A stretch of DNA of 64,000 nt from Candidatus Latescibacterota bacterium (GCA_965226795.1 CBDDDZ010000005.1:2656001-2720000), one strand, 5' to 3'; shown: positions 22,134 to 33,702, counted from the first letter of the stretch. Notes: a model not told the origin generated them from the sequence alone. Numbers and translations: made by a program.

Positions 22134-22532
22134 ATGGCGAAGAAAAGACGACTGGCCGAAGTCGAGTGGGAGGTGATGGACGGCGTCTGGAAATTCAACC
22201 GCCAGGTCACGGTTCGCGACGTTCTGAATTACGTCTATCCCAATGGCGAGAAGGCCTATACCACCGTGCAGACGATCATGAATATTCTAACCGAAAAGGG
22301 CGTGCTGGATCGTGAAAAGATCGGTCCCGTTAATGTGTACAGACCAACGCTGTCACGGGAGGACGTGGCACAGGTGGAGACGCGAACCCTGGTATCGCGT
22401 ATGTTTAAAGGATCCTTCGGGGCGCTGGCGACGTATCTCGTGGATTCGGGCGAACTCTCGCAGAAAGAACTGGATGAATTGCACGCGCTGATTGAGGCAA
22501 GGGAAAAAGCGAAGGAAGGAGGACCGGAATGA
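22134..22532 (+). CDS. BlaI/MecI/CopY family transcriptional repressor
   Basis: LAEVEWEVMDGVW...TVRDV...AYTTVQTIMNILTEKG...YRP...FKGSFGALATYL...LSQKELDEL. RBS AAGGAG at 22122. Confidence 0.93.
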   Translation: MAKKRRLAEVEWEVMDGVWKFNRQVTVRDVLNYVYPNGEKAYTTVQTIMNILTEKGVLDREKIGPVNVYRPTLSREDVAQVETRTLVSRMFKGSFGALATYLVDSGELSQKELDELHALIEAREKAKEGGPE

Positions 22533-24584
22533 ATACGTTGATCACCCTGGCTGAAGCGTGGTGGCCTCTCTATGCGACACACATGATCGAAGTGTCGCTG
22601 TTCATATTGCTGGTGTGGGCCGTAGATCGATGGTTGGCGCTGGAAACGCGATTGAGATACGCGCTCTATCTGTTGGCGCTGGCGAAGGTATTTGTGCCGC
22701 CCGTTTTAGCCATCCCAATACCCGCGTTTCTGGTTTTTTCGACAAATGTCGCGGTGGACAACCCCGTTTATTCTGGTGTGGTCTCGGATGCCACAGCGGT
22801 TTCTCCGGTGCTGGTACCACCCTTTCACCAGCGTTCTACCTGTTCTGCCTGTGGATTCTCTCAGTCCTGGCCTGGACAGGTGTGGCTGTCTGGAAAAACA
22901 CGGCCTTTCGTCATATGCTGAAATCGGCAACACCGGTTGACCTGGCAAGCAAGGTCGAATTGCGGAGCGGCGGACGGAACCTGAAGGTCTATTCAAAAGC
23001 CAGCCTACCTTCTCCCACTCTGGTGGGCATGGTAAGGCCGCGCTTGTATCTGCCGTCGAAGTGGTCGTCCTGGTCGCCCGACGAGTTACGGGGCGTTGTC
23101 AGGCACGAGTTGGCGCATTTTGAAAGGCGCGACATCTACGCTCTGATTCTGCAGACCATGGCAACGGCCCTATTCGGGGCGAACCCGCTGATCTGGATGT
23201 TGAACCGGAGGTTGATATACCTTCGCGAATTGCGCTGCGACGAAACGGTTTTGCGCGAAACGGAGCTTACACCTGCCGAATACGGGCGCCTGCTCCTGGA
23301 CTTTGTAGACAGGCGACCTGCACCAAGCGCCCTGACCGTTTATTTCGGCGAGGGTGGAACGAGGATGAAAGAACGTCTCAAGCACATACTCAAGTTCAAG
23401 GAGGGCGATATAAAACGGTCGAAGTGGCAGTTGGCATTAATCTTTCTCATGGGACTGATGATTGCGCCGTTCTCGATCCGAGAAGCATATACGCAGAATG
23501 ACGGTGGAACTCAGGTGTCGAAGTCGGCCGCAGGCGGAAAAAAGGCCGAACTTACACAAAAACGGGAGGCGCGGCGCCTGCATCGGGTCATGTTGACAGC
23601 AGCGCCGCTTTGTCCGTCGTCTACGACATTAAAGAGGTGGACGTAAAACCCCATCCCGTGAGAATTGTCCCACCTTATTATCCTGAAGAGGCGCTAAATA
23701 GCAAAATGGATGGTGAAGTGCATTTGAAGTATATCGTCAATGTCGACAGTTCGGTAAGCGACGTGACTGTATTGAAAGGGCCGGAGGTATTCCATCGAGC
23801 CGCGACAGATGCTGTGTTGCAATGGCGTTTCAAGCCCGCGGAACACAAGGGAAAAGTCGTGCCCGTTTCCATGTTGGCACCAATTGGTTTTTCTCCTGAA
23901 CCAGATAAGGGCTTCGATGTCTGGTCTGTCGACGTTAAACCGGTTCTTACAAATCGCGTTGAACCAATTTATCCCGATAAAGCGCGAAAAACAGGTTTGA
24001 TGGGAAACGTGTTCTTGAAGTTCAAAGTCAACGAGGATGGATCGGTAAGCGACGTACGTGCCCTCAAAGGTCGATCGGTATTTGTGAAACCAGCGATTGA
24101 TGCGATATCACAATATCGGTTTAAGCCTGCCGAGCACGAAGGCAAGCCTGTCGCAGTGTGGGTGACGCACCGGATCATTTTAAAACCGCCAAAACCGAAG
24201 GCCGTAGCGACTGCTGACTCAGGCGATGCGGACAGTGATAAGGTGTTAGAGATCCGGTCGGTAGACGCAAAACCGGTCGTCATACATTCCGTTCAGCCCG
24301 TTTATCCCAACATAACGAAAAAAGCTGGCCTGGCGGGAAGCGTGGTCTTGAAGTTCAAGGTCAACGTGGATGGTTCCGTGAGCGACGTCGACGCATTTGT
24401 CCTGAAGGGCGGTGAGATATTTCGCAAGCCTGCGATTGAAGCAGTTAGACAATTCCTGTACAAACCTGCTGAACACGAAGGCAAGCCTGTGGCAGTGTGG
24501 ATGACACAGCATTTTACGTTCGCGCCTCCCGAACATCAGGACGACACAGCTCCCGATCCAAGCGATCCTGGTGTTGGAAATTAG
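22529..24584 (+). pseudogene. BlaR1-like M56 metallopeptidase fused to three TonB C-terminal domains, two frameshifts
   Basis: LRYALYLLALAK N-terminus; HELAH and LRELRCD M56 motifs; three P.YP..A...G.V.LK..VN.DGSVSDV....G...F...A..A..Q..FKPAEH.GK.V repeats. Single-base losses at about 22820 (C run) and 23558-23562 (A run). Confidence 0.85.
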
Positions 24585-24647
24585 CGTGCCATCATCGTTT
24601 TTTGCCCGCATCTACCGGTTTCCACGAGTTATGTCAATAACAAAAAG

Positions 24648-24692
24648 AGCGGTCGAGGTGCCGGATGGCGTTCATCCGGCACCTCGACCGCT
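24648..24692 (-). terminator. Strong intrinsic terminator between convergent genes
   Basis: Perfect 20-bp stem AGCGGTCGAGGTGCCGGATG / CATCCGGCACCTCGACCGCT with a 5-nt loop; upstream AAAAAG gives a U-tract on the minus strand. Confidence 0.75.
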
Positions 24693-24785
24693 TCGGCTTA
24701 CCGACGCCGTTTTTGGAGAGTCCGGGATTTTAACTCACCTCGATCCCCTTCGGCGTTGCGACATTCTTTCCGATGGTCCTTGCGT

Positions 24786-25424
24786 TTATCTCCAGTAATC
24801 GGGTTTTGCGTCGGACATTCTCCACTTGATCTTCACTTCAGGGTTGGCCATTTGCTCGAAGTTGAGGAATTTCAGGAATGCCGAGATGTCGTCGTGATGG
24901 CCCCAGTCGAATTCCATATTGCCCGGCAAATGCGCTTCGACGACAAGTGAGGTGTCGGCATTCTCTCCGTGGTGTCCGGTTTCGACGCTCAGGTAAAACG
25001 AGTGGGTTCCTTCAGCGTCTTTGAGCCTGTCATTGCCGGAAATATCTCTCATCAGAGAGGAAACATCATGGAAGAAATTGGATCTGAGAGCCTCTGCCGT
25101 TACGTGGGCGCCTTCGATTGAGTTAACGGTCAGTCTGTATCTGAGCGGGTTCTCTTCCTGGATGACAGAGACGTCGATGGCGGTGTGCTCGTGGAAGGCT
25201 TTTTGGGCATATCTGGTGAGGATGATTTCGGGAGGTTGGTTTTCCAATTCCGATTCTTCAAGGCGGCCTCCGATAAGACCAAGAATGATAATTGGAAGAA
25301 GCCCTGCCGCAAAAATTCGAGGTCGTTCAGAAAGCCATTTGGTTCTGAAAACGGGTGGGTGAATAAGACCCACCAGCGTTACGATAGCGATAATTGCCAT
25401 TAAGGATACGATAAATCCAACCAT
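24786..25424 (-). CDS. Hypothetical protein with two N-terminal transmembrane helices
   Basis: RBS GGAGGTAGG; hydrophobic segments at about aa 2-21 and 37-53, then a soluble domain; no recognised motif. Confidence 0.7.
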   Translation of the reverse strand: MVGFIVSLMAIIAIVTLVGLIHPPVFRTKWLSERPRIFAAGLLPIIILGLIGGRLEESELENQPPEIILTRYAQKAFHEHTAIDVSVIQEENPLRYRLTVNSIEGAHVTAEALRSNFFHDVSSLMRDISGNDRLKDAEGTHSFYLSVETGHHGENADTSLVVEAHLPGNMEFDWGHHDDISAFLKFLNFEQMANPEVKIKWRMSDAKPDYWR

Positions 25425-25858
25425 GGCATCCTACCTCCGAGGTATTGGATACATCTTTTCGTTGGATGCAGCCGGTGCCGCGAGGTATCCAGGTTGATGA
25501 AGCAGGATGCGGGAAGGCGCCTGCTCACTGGTCGGAGGTCTGTGAATAACGAATTCCTCGGGCTGATTGGCTGTTTCGTTAGGATATCGCCCGAAACGGG
25601 ACGCCGCGCAGCCATTTGCGCGCGCAATATATCTCATTTGCCTGACAACACGCAAGAAAAATGTCGCAAAAAACAGCGTCGGATCTCTACGATTTCACCC
25701 GGGGCCAGGAAAGACCGCCGGGATATTGTTGATCTGGCTCCCAGCGCCAGAAGTCAACCCGTCGTTAATAAGCCGATCTGTCTAATGCCATCTTCCGGAT
25801 TTCTTCTCTTGTAGTGCGCTTGAAATTTGGCTATTATTGAGTAATGCTGCAGATGTAA

Positions 25859-26399
<541 letters not shown>

Positions 26400-26558
26400 T
26401 CTCGTACACAAGGGAATTCTATTCGAAACGTAGTGTCGTCACTCGAAAACCCTTCGAATCAACGACAGTCTCCCGGCCAGAACAAGAATGCGGGTAAAGA
26501 CAGCTGCCAATCTCTGAAAAGGAAGACCTGGCAATAAAACCGATATAGCCGATTTATT

Positions 26559-27752
26559 CTACAAATCCATTGTCAACTTGCTCATCATCAGGTTGTGGTA
26601 AACTTCCACACCATTTCGTAACTGCCCGAGATCGATCCACTCGCCGGCGGTGTGTCCCTGTGCAATGTCACCCGGGCCAAGAACAACCGCCGGGATACCC
26701 AAACGGCTGAAGCTACTGGCATCCGTACCGTAGCCGACGCCCGTCAGGCCGTCCGGCAGACCCGTCGATTTCAGCACAGAGGCCACGAATGCGCTGAACA
26801 CTCTACCTCCTGTCGGGTCCAGCGGGCTATCCACCATGTCGGGCGCTTCCTGAACGACCGTCAGATTCGGATTGCTCGCCCGAAGTTCATCCAGAACGCG
26901 TTCCACCGCCGGTATAACCGTGTCGGAGTCCTCCCCTGGCACCAGGCGCCTGTCCACTTGGATCTCGCAGTGTTCCGGGATAATGTTGATTTGCGTACCG
27001 CCACGGATGAGATTGATGCTGCATTGCGCCTTGCCTGTCAGGGGATGTTCAGACGTCAGACAGGGAATGTAACTCTCCTCAAGCGCCCCGATGACATCCG
27101 TCATCATACGAATGGCGGACCGTCCTCTGCCGGGATTCGAAGAGTGGGCGGCCACGCCCTCCGTCCGAATCCGCCAGCGCACCACGCCGTTGTGAGCAAC
27201 CACGGCCCGAAGTTTTGTGGGCTCACCCACGACCACACCCACCGGCCGCCAGCCCAGGTCCGGTAACTGCGACGCTACAAAGGTGCGGACACCCGTCTTT
27301 CCGACCTCCTCGTCCAGGGTAAACAGGATCGCCACATTGTTCGGCCCCCTTTGCTGACGGTATCGAAAAAGCGCCCAAAGCATTGCCGCGCCGGTTCCTT
27401 TTGTATCGCACGCACCACGCCCATACAGTCTACCGCCCAGAATCCGTCCCTCGAACGGATCCACCGTCATCCCTTCCACGCTTACCGTATCCAGGTGGCT
27501 CTCAAACAACAGCCACGGCGCCTGTCGATCCACCTGGTGAGTGACCAACAGATTGAACCCGTCCCCTGTCACCGGCAATCGGCGCGTATCGAGCCCCATT
27601 GCCTCAGCCTGCCCCTCCATATACACCGAAAGCGCCTGCTCCGCATCCGGCTTCCCTGAAATCGCCGAATTGACGGTGTCGAATCCGACCATCGCCTGAA
27701 GCAGGGATTCGCAGGATTCATGGGGCTCTGCCACCGGTGTCTCCCTACTCAT
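26559..27752 (-). CDS. M20 family metallopeptidase / ArgE-DapE-like deacylase
   Basis: ESHLDTV, YGRGACDTKG, DEE, VVGEPT, GVAAHSS, GTDAS, GPGDIAQGHT. ATGA overlap with the upstream gene. Confidence 0.9.
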   Translation of the reverse strand: MSRETPVAEPHESCESLLQAMVGFDTVNSAISGKPDAEQALSVYMEGQAEAMGLDTRRLPVTGDGFNLLVTHQVDRQAPWLLFESHLDTVSVEGMTVDPFEGRILGGRLYGRGACDTKGTGAAMLWALFRYRQQRGPNNVAILFTLDEEVGKTGVRTFVASQLPDLGWRPVGVVVGEPTKLRAVVAHNGVVRWRIRTEGVAAHSSNPGRGRSAIRMMTDVIGALEESYIPCLTSEHPLTGKAQCSINLIRGGTQINIIPEHCEIQVDRRLVPGEDSDTVIPAVERVLDELRASNPNLTVVQEAPDMVDSPLDPTGGRVFSAFVASVLKSTGLPDGLTGVGYGTDASSFSRLGIPAVVLGPGDIAQGHTAGEWIDLGQLRNGVEVYHNLMMSKLTMDL

Positions 27753-28786
27753 CGCCAACGATCCTCAAAAACCGAAATCGCTGTACGAGCCGCCAGCATG
27801 GACGTCTCCACTCGCTCCTGGTAGCCACCCTTCATCGTCATCCCCGTTTCAATCGTGAACGAGGGTCCGTACCTGCTCGCCCCGTAATCGGCCAGATTCA
27901 ACCCTTCGCCGCGTTGCTTGGCAATCAACCAGAATACCCCGCGTTCACCCGTTTCAAAAAACGCACCGGGCAGATAGCCTTGAGGTGCAAGCTGCGCCCC
28001 CGAATCGGCAACGGCCCGAATCATCGAATCGGCCATTCGCTTTTCCCACAACTCGTCATCTTCGTTTCGCTGATGCCGCGCCGAGAACCAAAAACCGTCT
28101 CCTCCATACTCGTGGAGGTCCAGCGTAAGGCCCGGCTGGATACTCTCCATCAGATTCCGCGCACTGCGGGATTCAACCGGCGCCCACGCCGTATCGTGAA
28201 ACCGGTTGATGTGCAACACTTCTCCTTCCGGGCTGACGATCAGTGTATAGGCTCTCTGGCAGGGCGCCGTGCCTTCGATGCCCTCCTCGCTCGAAGGATA
28301 GAAAATTCGTCGTCCAACCAGAGGTTCCAGAAAATCGGCCCCAACCTCGAAACGCCCGAGAAGACCCGTCGTCGAATACCCGTACTCTCCTATAATCGCA
28401 AGAACCGTCCCGTCCTGTTCGTAAAGCACTTCGCCTCGCGCCTTCAGGAGTGTCCCAACATCCTCAACCGAACCCAGTTCCGGTTCCTCGCCCAGACTCA
28501 GACTCAACGCGTACCCGTACCCATTCATCCCCATGGGATCGCGACTGGGAATCACATAGACCTGATGCTCGGTCTCCAATTCGTCCAGGAGCCCGGCGGC
28601 CGCCCCTACGCCCGCCTGTTCCGTCGAATGGCTGCCGGCGCTGATGAATATCGCCGGCAACTTTTCGCCCCCCTTTCTGAGACAAACCACCGGCGCTCCG
28701 TCCGGCGCACATCCAAGGTTAGACGGCTTGAATCCTCTTGTTTCCGTCCATCTCACGAGATCTGCGTATCGATCGAAAATCTGCAT
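27749..28786 (-). CDS. M14-like zinc hydrolase (succinylglutamate desuccinylase/aspartoacylase-like)
   Basis: AGSHSTEQ (HxxE), INRF, TLDLHE, FTIET. Confidence 0.7.
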   Translation of the reverse strand: MQIFDRYADLVRWTETRGFKPSNLGCAPDGAPVVCLRKGGEKLPAIFISAGSHSTEQAGVGAAAGLLDELETEHQVYVIPSRDPMGMNGYGYALSLSLGEEPELGSVEDVGTLLKARGEVLYEQDGTVLAIIGEYGYSTTGLLGRFEVGADFLEPLVGRRIFYPSSEEGIEGTAPCQRAYTLIVSPEGEVLHINRFHDTAWAPVESRSARNLMESIQPGLTLDLHEYGGDGFWFSARHQRNEDDELWEKRMADSMIRAVADSGAQLAPQGYLPGAFFETGERGVFWLIAKQRGEGLNLADYGASRYGPSFTIETGMTMKGGYQERVETSMLAARTAISVFEDRWR

Positions 28787-28886
28787 GAAATCCCTCCTCC
28801 ATGCTTCCGGTCTTCATCCGATTGTAACCTGTCGTTTTTCGTTTCCTCCCGTGATTTTACCCGCGTTCCCGACGCATTCTTGATGA

Positions 28887-31874
28887 TCACGGTATGACAC
28901 CCACCCAAGTAGAATTCAAAACCGTTACCTCATCGCAGACAATCGCAGGATAATCACGCACGGAAATCGAATTTTCGGAGGCGGATTCAATCTCAAAACC
29001 CGTCCGGGGCGCCACGCCGGCCAGCAAATAGGAGCCGACGACACCCTGCGGGTCCGGCAACGGGTCGGCAAGGTGGAACGTCCGGTCCTCCACCGACTGC
29101 ACCTTCAAAGTCGTGTTTGGCTCCCCACGCGAAATCTGTAAGTCGCCGCACTTCAGTGTCGTGCCGTTCAGCAGATAGCCCTGAAGGGCTGCCCCCCGAT
29201 CGTCAACCGACACAAAGGCAAACTGCCCGGCTACAGTCACCGGGCCCAGCTTGCGCTCGATCTGATCCAGTGTTGAGATGATATAATCCGTCCGCCCAGC
29301 CAGTTTTATCTCAGCCGCAAGAACGCCGGAATCCGGATCATTTTCTAGCAACCTCGCCCCAACCACCGGTGACCCTCCGGATTTGTAGGGCGCGACCACG
29401 GCGGCATACCGGCTGGCAAGATCCGCATTGCCAACCCCGGCCCTGTTCTCCGCAAAAATCTGCCTGATCGCTGGTTTCTTCAACTCATCAGTCGTCGAAA
29501 CCCGCCATCCCGGAGCATCGCCGATCACGATCCGTTCCGGTGTATTGAGGAGTGTCAAATCCAGATTCACATCCCTGAATTGCCAGGTAAATGTGGTCGG
29601 TTCTTCCGGCGACATCCCGTGCGTATTCTCGAGCCACGTACCCCAGGCATCCGACACCTCCGTGGGCTGCGGGGCAGGCTCCGCCGGCCTGAATTCGATC
29701 GGCGAACCGTTGCAGTGGAAGTTGTACTGGTGGGTCCGCCCTCCTTTAACCCTGAAGAGATCCAAAATATAGACCTGTCCCTCAGGTGTGGTCACCATCA
29801 CGCACGTGCGTCGATATTCCTCGCACTGGGGGTACACGTTCACACCCGATGCCTGCGCTATCTCGACACCGGGTGCAAGCCCGAACAGCTCCAGATTGGA
29901 TCCGCACTCCCGTTTGGCCTGCTCCTCTTCATCCACGACCACCAGATTGTGCGAAAAACTGCTTTTCATCCAGACCTGACCGCTTCGGCCGTCCGGAAGT
30001 AACTGGCCGCTTCCCGAGAAGTAGCCCCGGTCAGAGGCCAGTTCCTCCCCATAGGCATAGATGCTGAAACTCAATACATCCTGCTGCCTATGACCCGTCT
30101 GCACCGTCCATTGATGCTCATTGCCGTTCAGAAAAAGTGCGGTATCCCCTTCCTTCCGGGCGCCTCGCAACACGCCGACGTGCCAGCCCGGGAACCACTC
30201 GGACCTCAGCGGCAGCGCAGTTGAATCGGCTCGGAGATCGTATGGTCTGTACCACAGCGCGTATTGGGTGCCACTTTCTGAGAGTTGCCCACCCTGTACA
30301 GTCTCCAGCAAACCGGCATACGCGCCGCCCAGTCGGGCGGCCAGTATCTCCACAGAACGAAGATCCGCTCCTGTATCGTATCGGGTATCTCCAATAACGG
30401 GCATGCGGTTTTCCGGAGCCAGCAGCCTGACCAGAGACAGCAGGGAAAGATGAAAACGGCCCCCTGAAAACAGGTCCAACCCTTCGATCCGCTCGCCCTC
30501 TTCCGGCTGATACCCGGGCGGATCGCTGTATCCGTGCAGCAAATCCGTCAGTTCGTGTACATTTGAGAGGTTGTGAGCCCCGTAGGACGGCGACTCGGAG
30601 TAGAACCCGTCGTGGTGGTAGCGTTCTTCCAGCATTCGGTGAAAACCGTCCAGCGCACGCCGGACTCTCTCAGGCTGTTCCAGAAGCATCCCCACCCCGG
30701 CGATCAACGCAAAGACTGCCGTCCCCTTGTTGCTGAGAGAATTCCAATGTTCCATATCCACACACCCGGCCAGAATAAGATCCTCCAGAATCCGGCGCTC
30801 CGACTCCTCACCGAGCAGCGGACGACCCTCCGGGTGTTCCGCGCCGCGAATCAAATCAAAGGCAACCGTCAATGCAATCAGCGCCCCGGCGTCGCTTCCC
30901 TTTCCATGTACGCTCATCCGGCCGGCGCCCCAGAACCCATTGTTCATCGTAGAATAATCATTAAACTGGTGCAACCCGTACGCATGGCGAATCGCGCCCC
31001 TCGGGAAACGTCCCCCGTGAGGTCCACCCGCCTCCTCCGCTCTGCCCATATTGGCAGCCACCTCCGCAGGCGGTAGATCCGCAATGCTGCCGTCGTATGA
31101 ATGGTAGAGATAGTTCGGGAACACCCGGGCAAACCGATCCAGAACCCATGCCGCCCGCTGTGCGTATCCGATCTCCCCCGTGACCGCGTAGAGCTTTGCC
31201 AGCGTCAACGCCTGGGCCGTGGCCCAGCCCACCTTGCGGTCTCGAATATGACCGCTGAAACTCGTCATCGTGGGTCGGTCCCCAAGCCACTTTAGAGCAT
31301 GCTCCGCCCGATTCTCCGGATCGGCCACTTCCTCCGGCGTCTGGTAGTAAGTAAACCGCTGACCCATGCGCGGGCATTCGAGAACGCCGGTTTCCGCATA
31401 CCGCGCATTCGGATACACCGTCCCGCAGGCGCTGCAAGTGATTTCGTCCGGACTGTCAATCTCCCAGGTAAAATGCCCGCCGCCCATCAGCGACCGCGTA
31501 CCCACGCAGTGGGGGCAGTTCTGACCGTAGTGGGTCCCGGGAGTCAACTCCGGAATCAACGCATCGAAAAACGCCCGATCCTGCTTCATCGCCAACGCAA
31601 CGTCCCGCTCCCATCCCTCCACGATTTCCTTCGCCCAGCCGTAGCGCGCCAGGTTCCGTCGAGCATTTTCGATATCCCGCGGTTTGTACATCGTGCGCGG
31701 TCCAGCCTGGGCGCTCTTGAACCCCGCCAGCAGAAAAATCACGAGGGACAACAAAAACACAAACATTTCGATTCTCGAAGACCACATGTCGAACGTCGAC
31801 GATGGTACGCCGAGCATCGCCACACCAACCACTCCCGCCGCCGTCCCCAGACCTGCGATGTTCATCCGCTTCAT
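28887..31874 (-). CDS. Secreted heparinase II/III-like polysaccharide lyase
   Basis: Hydrophobic N-terminus; LYAVTGEIGYAQRA; DGFYSESPSY; GHRQQD; SDRGY; SHNLVVVD; YILDLFRVKGG. RBS AAAGGAG. Confidence 0.85.
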   Translation of the reverse strand: MKRMNIAGLGTAAGVVGVAMLGVPSSTFDMWSSRIEMFVFLLSLVIFLLAGFKSAQAGPRTMYKPRDIENARRNLARYGWAKEIVEGWERDVALAMKQDRAFFDALIPELTPGTHYGQNCPHCVGTRSLMGGGHFTWEIDSPDEITCSACGTVYPNARYAETGVLECPRMGQRFTYYQTPEEVADPENRAEHALKWLGDRPTMTSFSGHIRDRKVGWATAQALTLAKLYAVTGEIGYAQRAAWVLDRFARVFPNYLYHSYDGSIADLPPAEVAANMGRAEEAGGPHGGRFPRGAIRHAYGLHQFNDYSTMNNGFWGAGRMSVHGKGSDAGALIALTVAFDLIRGAEHPEGRPLLGEESERRILEDLILAGCVDMEHWNSLSNKGTAVFALIAGVGMLLEQPERVRRALDGFHRMLEERYHHDGFYSESPSYGAHNLSNVHELTDLLHGYSDPPGYQPEEGERIEGLDLFSGGRFHLSLLSLVRLLAPENRMPVIGDTRYDTGADLRSVEILAARLGGAYAGLLETVQGGQLSESGTQYALWYRPYDLRADSTALPLRSEWFPGWHVGVLRGARKEGDTALFLNGNEHQWTVQTGHRQQDVLSFSIYAYGEELASDRGYFSGSGQLLPDGRSGQVWMKSSFSHNLVVVDEEEQAKRECGSNLELFGLAPGVEIAQASGVNVYPQCEEYRRTCVMVTTPEGQVYILDLFRVKGGRTHQYNFHCNGSPIEFRPAEPAPQPTEVSDAWGTWLENTHGMSPEEPTTFTWQFRDVNLDLTLLNTPERIVIGDAPGWRVSTTDELKKPAIRQIFAENRAGVGNADLASRYAAVVAPYKSGGSPVVGARLLENDPDSGVLAAEIKLAGRTDYIISTLDQIERKLGPVTVAGQFAFVSVDDRGAALQGYLLNGTTLKCGDLQISRGEPNTTLKVQSVEDRTFHLADPLPDPQGVVGSYLLAGVAPRTGFEIESASENSISVRDYPAIVCDEVTVLNSTWVGVIP

Positions 31875-31891
31875 AGCGGTTTCTCCTTTAC

Positions 31892-32713
31892 TTAGTGGCC
31901 GTAGAGCGAATCCGCCGTTTTTCCCAATACCCATGCCTTGTCTTCGTCAGAAAGAAAATCCATTGCTTCTTCGATGACACGGAAGCCAACGGCCTCGCCG
32001 CGCTGAGGATCCTCGGGAAATCCCGTACACCCCAGCATCCGCCGGGACCCGAACGCCTCGTACACGGCCTTGACATAGGGATAAACGTCCTCGTGCGGCC
32101 ATGGCTTCGCGGAGATCCCACTGATCCGTGTGGCCTTCACGAAGAGATTCGGGTATTTCGCCGCCTCCAGCAGGAGGCGGAAACTCCCGTCCAGACCCTC
32201 CGAAAGGAAGGGCTCGCCCAGATGATCCACAATCAAGTTCACCGCGGGAAATCTCTGCAACATCGGCTCCAGCAACGGAATCTGATGGCAACGGCCGAAC
32301 CATGTGAAAGGAACCCGCAGCCTGCGGGCCGTCTCCCAAAGCGTATTCTGATCGTGGCGTGACAACCAGGACGCGTCCTTATCCTTAACCGGATACAACC
32401 GCATCCCCTGCACCCCATGTTCGCGGTGCAAACGCTCCATCTCTTCAGCAGCGCCCGGCTTCAAGGGATCGATCAACGCCACCCCGTGCAGACGGTCCGG
32501 AAACCGGCGCATAGAGTCGCACATATAACTGTTGTCATACCCGTGATACATACATTGAATAAGCACGGTGCGGTCGATGTCATTGAGATCCATGAACCCA
32601 ATGAGATCTTCGACAAGGCCCGGATACTTGGGCCGTTGTGTTGACATTTCGTCGTTGTGGGTGAACGGCGGCGACCCCATGGTCCACACGTGCACGTGAG
32701 AATCGATTCGCAT
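31892..32713 (-). CDS. Amidohydrolase_2 family protein (lactonase-like)
   Basis: IDSHVHVW, VLIQ...GYDNSY, GMRL, LIVDHLG, PNLFVK. Confidence 0.87.
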   Translation of the reverse strand: MRIDSHVHVWTMGSPPFTHNDEMSTQRPKYPGLVEDLIGFMDLNDIDRTVLIQCMYHGYDNSYMCDSMRRFPDRLHGVALIDPLKPGAAEEMERLHREHGVQGMRLYPVKDKDASWLSRHDQNTLWETARRLRVPFTWFGRCHQIPLLEPMLQRFPAVNLIVDHLGEPFLSEGLDGSFRLLLEAAKYPNLFVKATRISGISAKPWPHEDVYPYVKAVYEAFGSRRMLGCTGFPEDPQRGEAVGFRVIEEAMDFLSDEDKAWVLGKTADSLYGH

Positions 32714-32793
32714 GTTCTCCTTCCTCTCAATAACGCGCCAGAACTTCGCCTTCAGGCCCGATCATCCAGATCTGGATCAGAAGACGCACTGAC

Positions 32794-33702
32794 TCAAGCC
32801 CCGTCTGCCAGAACGCGATCACACAGGGCATCCAGCGTGACCCCGACGGTTTGCATCTCCATCTGTTTGCAGTTATCCCGGATGGATCTGAGTATCAACT
32901 CCAGGTTCCGCCTCGCAGGATGCTCAAGATCGGAATAATCCTGATCGTTGTGAGTATCTGTCACAATGACGGGAAACCGGGGCATATCGGCCAGAAAACG
33001 ATCCAGCACGTTCTGCACAATCGCCCCGTGGTCGTACCCGTATGGCACATACGACCATTCGTATCCCCGTTCGCCCGCGTGGCCCTGTTGAACCGGCCGG
33101 TCGAACGCCACGGAAGCCGGCACATTGATGAAATCGCTATCCCCTGCAATCAATCGACATTCGTGATGCGCCCGGTGGGGGTAGGGATCCGCCCCCTCCC
33201 ACACGCTATGGTGTCCGGGGAGGACCCGCCCCGGGTTTGACAGGCTGCCGCCCGCAAATCCCAGCTCGTTCAGCACACCAAACGTCTTATCATTGGCTGA
33301 AAAGTAGCCCGCCCTGAAGTAACGGGGCGGGCTACCCAGTGCAAATTCCCACACCTGCATCGCCTCGCTGACTATCCCTGACTGTTCTCCGGCGGAATAT
33401 GCGCCGAGGTCATATTTATATTTCGCGCCTTTAAGCTTGTACGGATGTAAATGCAGCCCCAGACACGCGCCGTGCTCCCGCAGTTCAAGAAGCAGTTCCG
33501 CATTCTCGGATGCGACTTCCGGATGCACGAAGAGCGTCACCGGAAACCCGTTCGAGGCTGCCGTTTCGACATAGACACGGATCGACCGGCCGCTCTCCAG
33601 ATAGTCAACAGGGCCGCTGCCCGACATCCGGATTGCACAGGGCATCAGGTCCGATCTGGCGGTCTCGCAGTCCATCGTCAGTAGCACGTAGACCGTCCTC
33701 AA
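32794..33702 (-). CDS. Polysaccharide deacetylase-like (NodB-fold) protein
   Basis: LLTMDCE, VTLFV, LGLHLHP, YFRAGYFS. TTG start. Confidence 0.68.
   Translation of the reverse strand: MRTVYVLLTMDCETARSDLMPCAIRMSGSGPVDYLESGRSIRVYVETAASNGFPVTLFVHPEVASENAELLLELREHGACLGLHLHPYKLKGAKYKYDLGAYSAGEQSGIVSEAMQVWEFALGSPPRYFRAGYFSANDKTFGVLNELGFAGGSLSNPGRVLPGHHSVWEGADPYPHRAHHECRLIAGDSDFINVPASVAFDRPVQQGHAGERGYEWSYVPYGYDHGAIVQNVLDRFLADMPRFPVIVTDTHNDQDYSDLEHPARRNLELILRSIRDNCKQMEMQTVGVTLDALCDRVLADGA

Noticed and set aside
25555..25625. Structured stretch with a GAAA loop resembling a c-di-GMP-I riboswitch or hammerhead ribozyme
   Set aside because: Lacks the GCAAA motifs and second stem of c-di-GMP-I and the CUGANGA core of a hammerhead.
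27737..28897. 386-aa plus-strand ORF
   Set aside because: Antisense shadow of the M14-like hydrolase with no recognisable motifs. The same applies to other long antisense ORFs (7549-8454, 39529-40671, 58336-59373, 62328-63599) in this GC-rich DNA.
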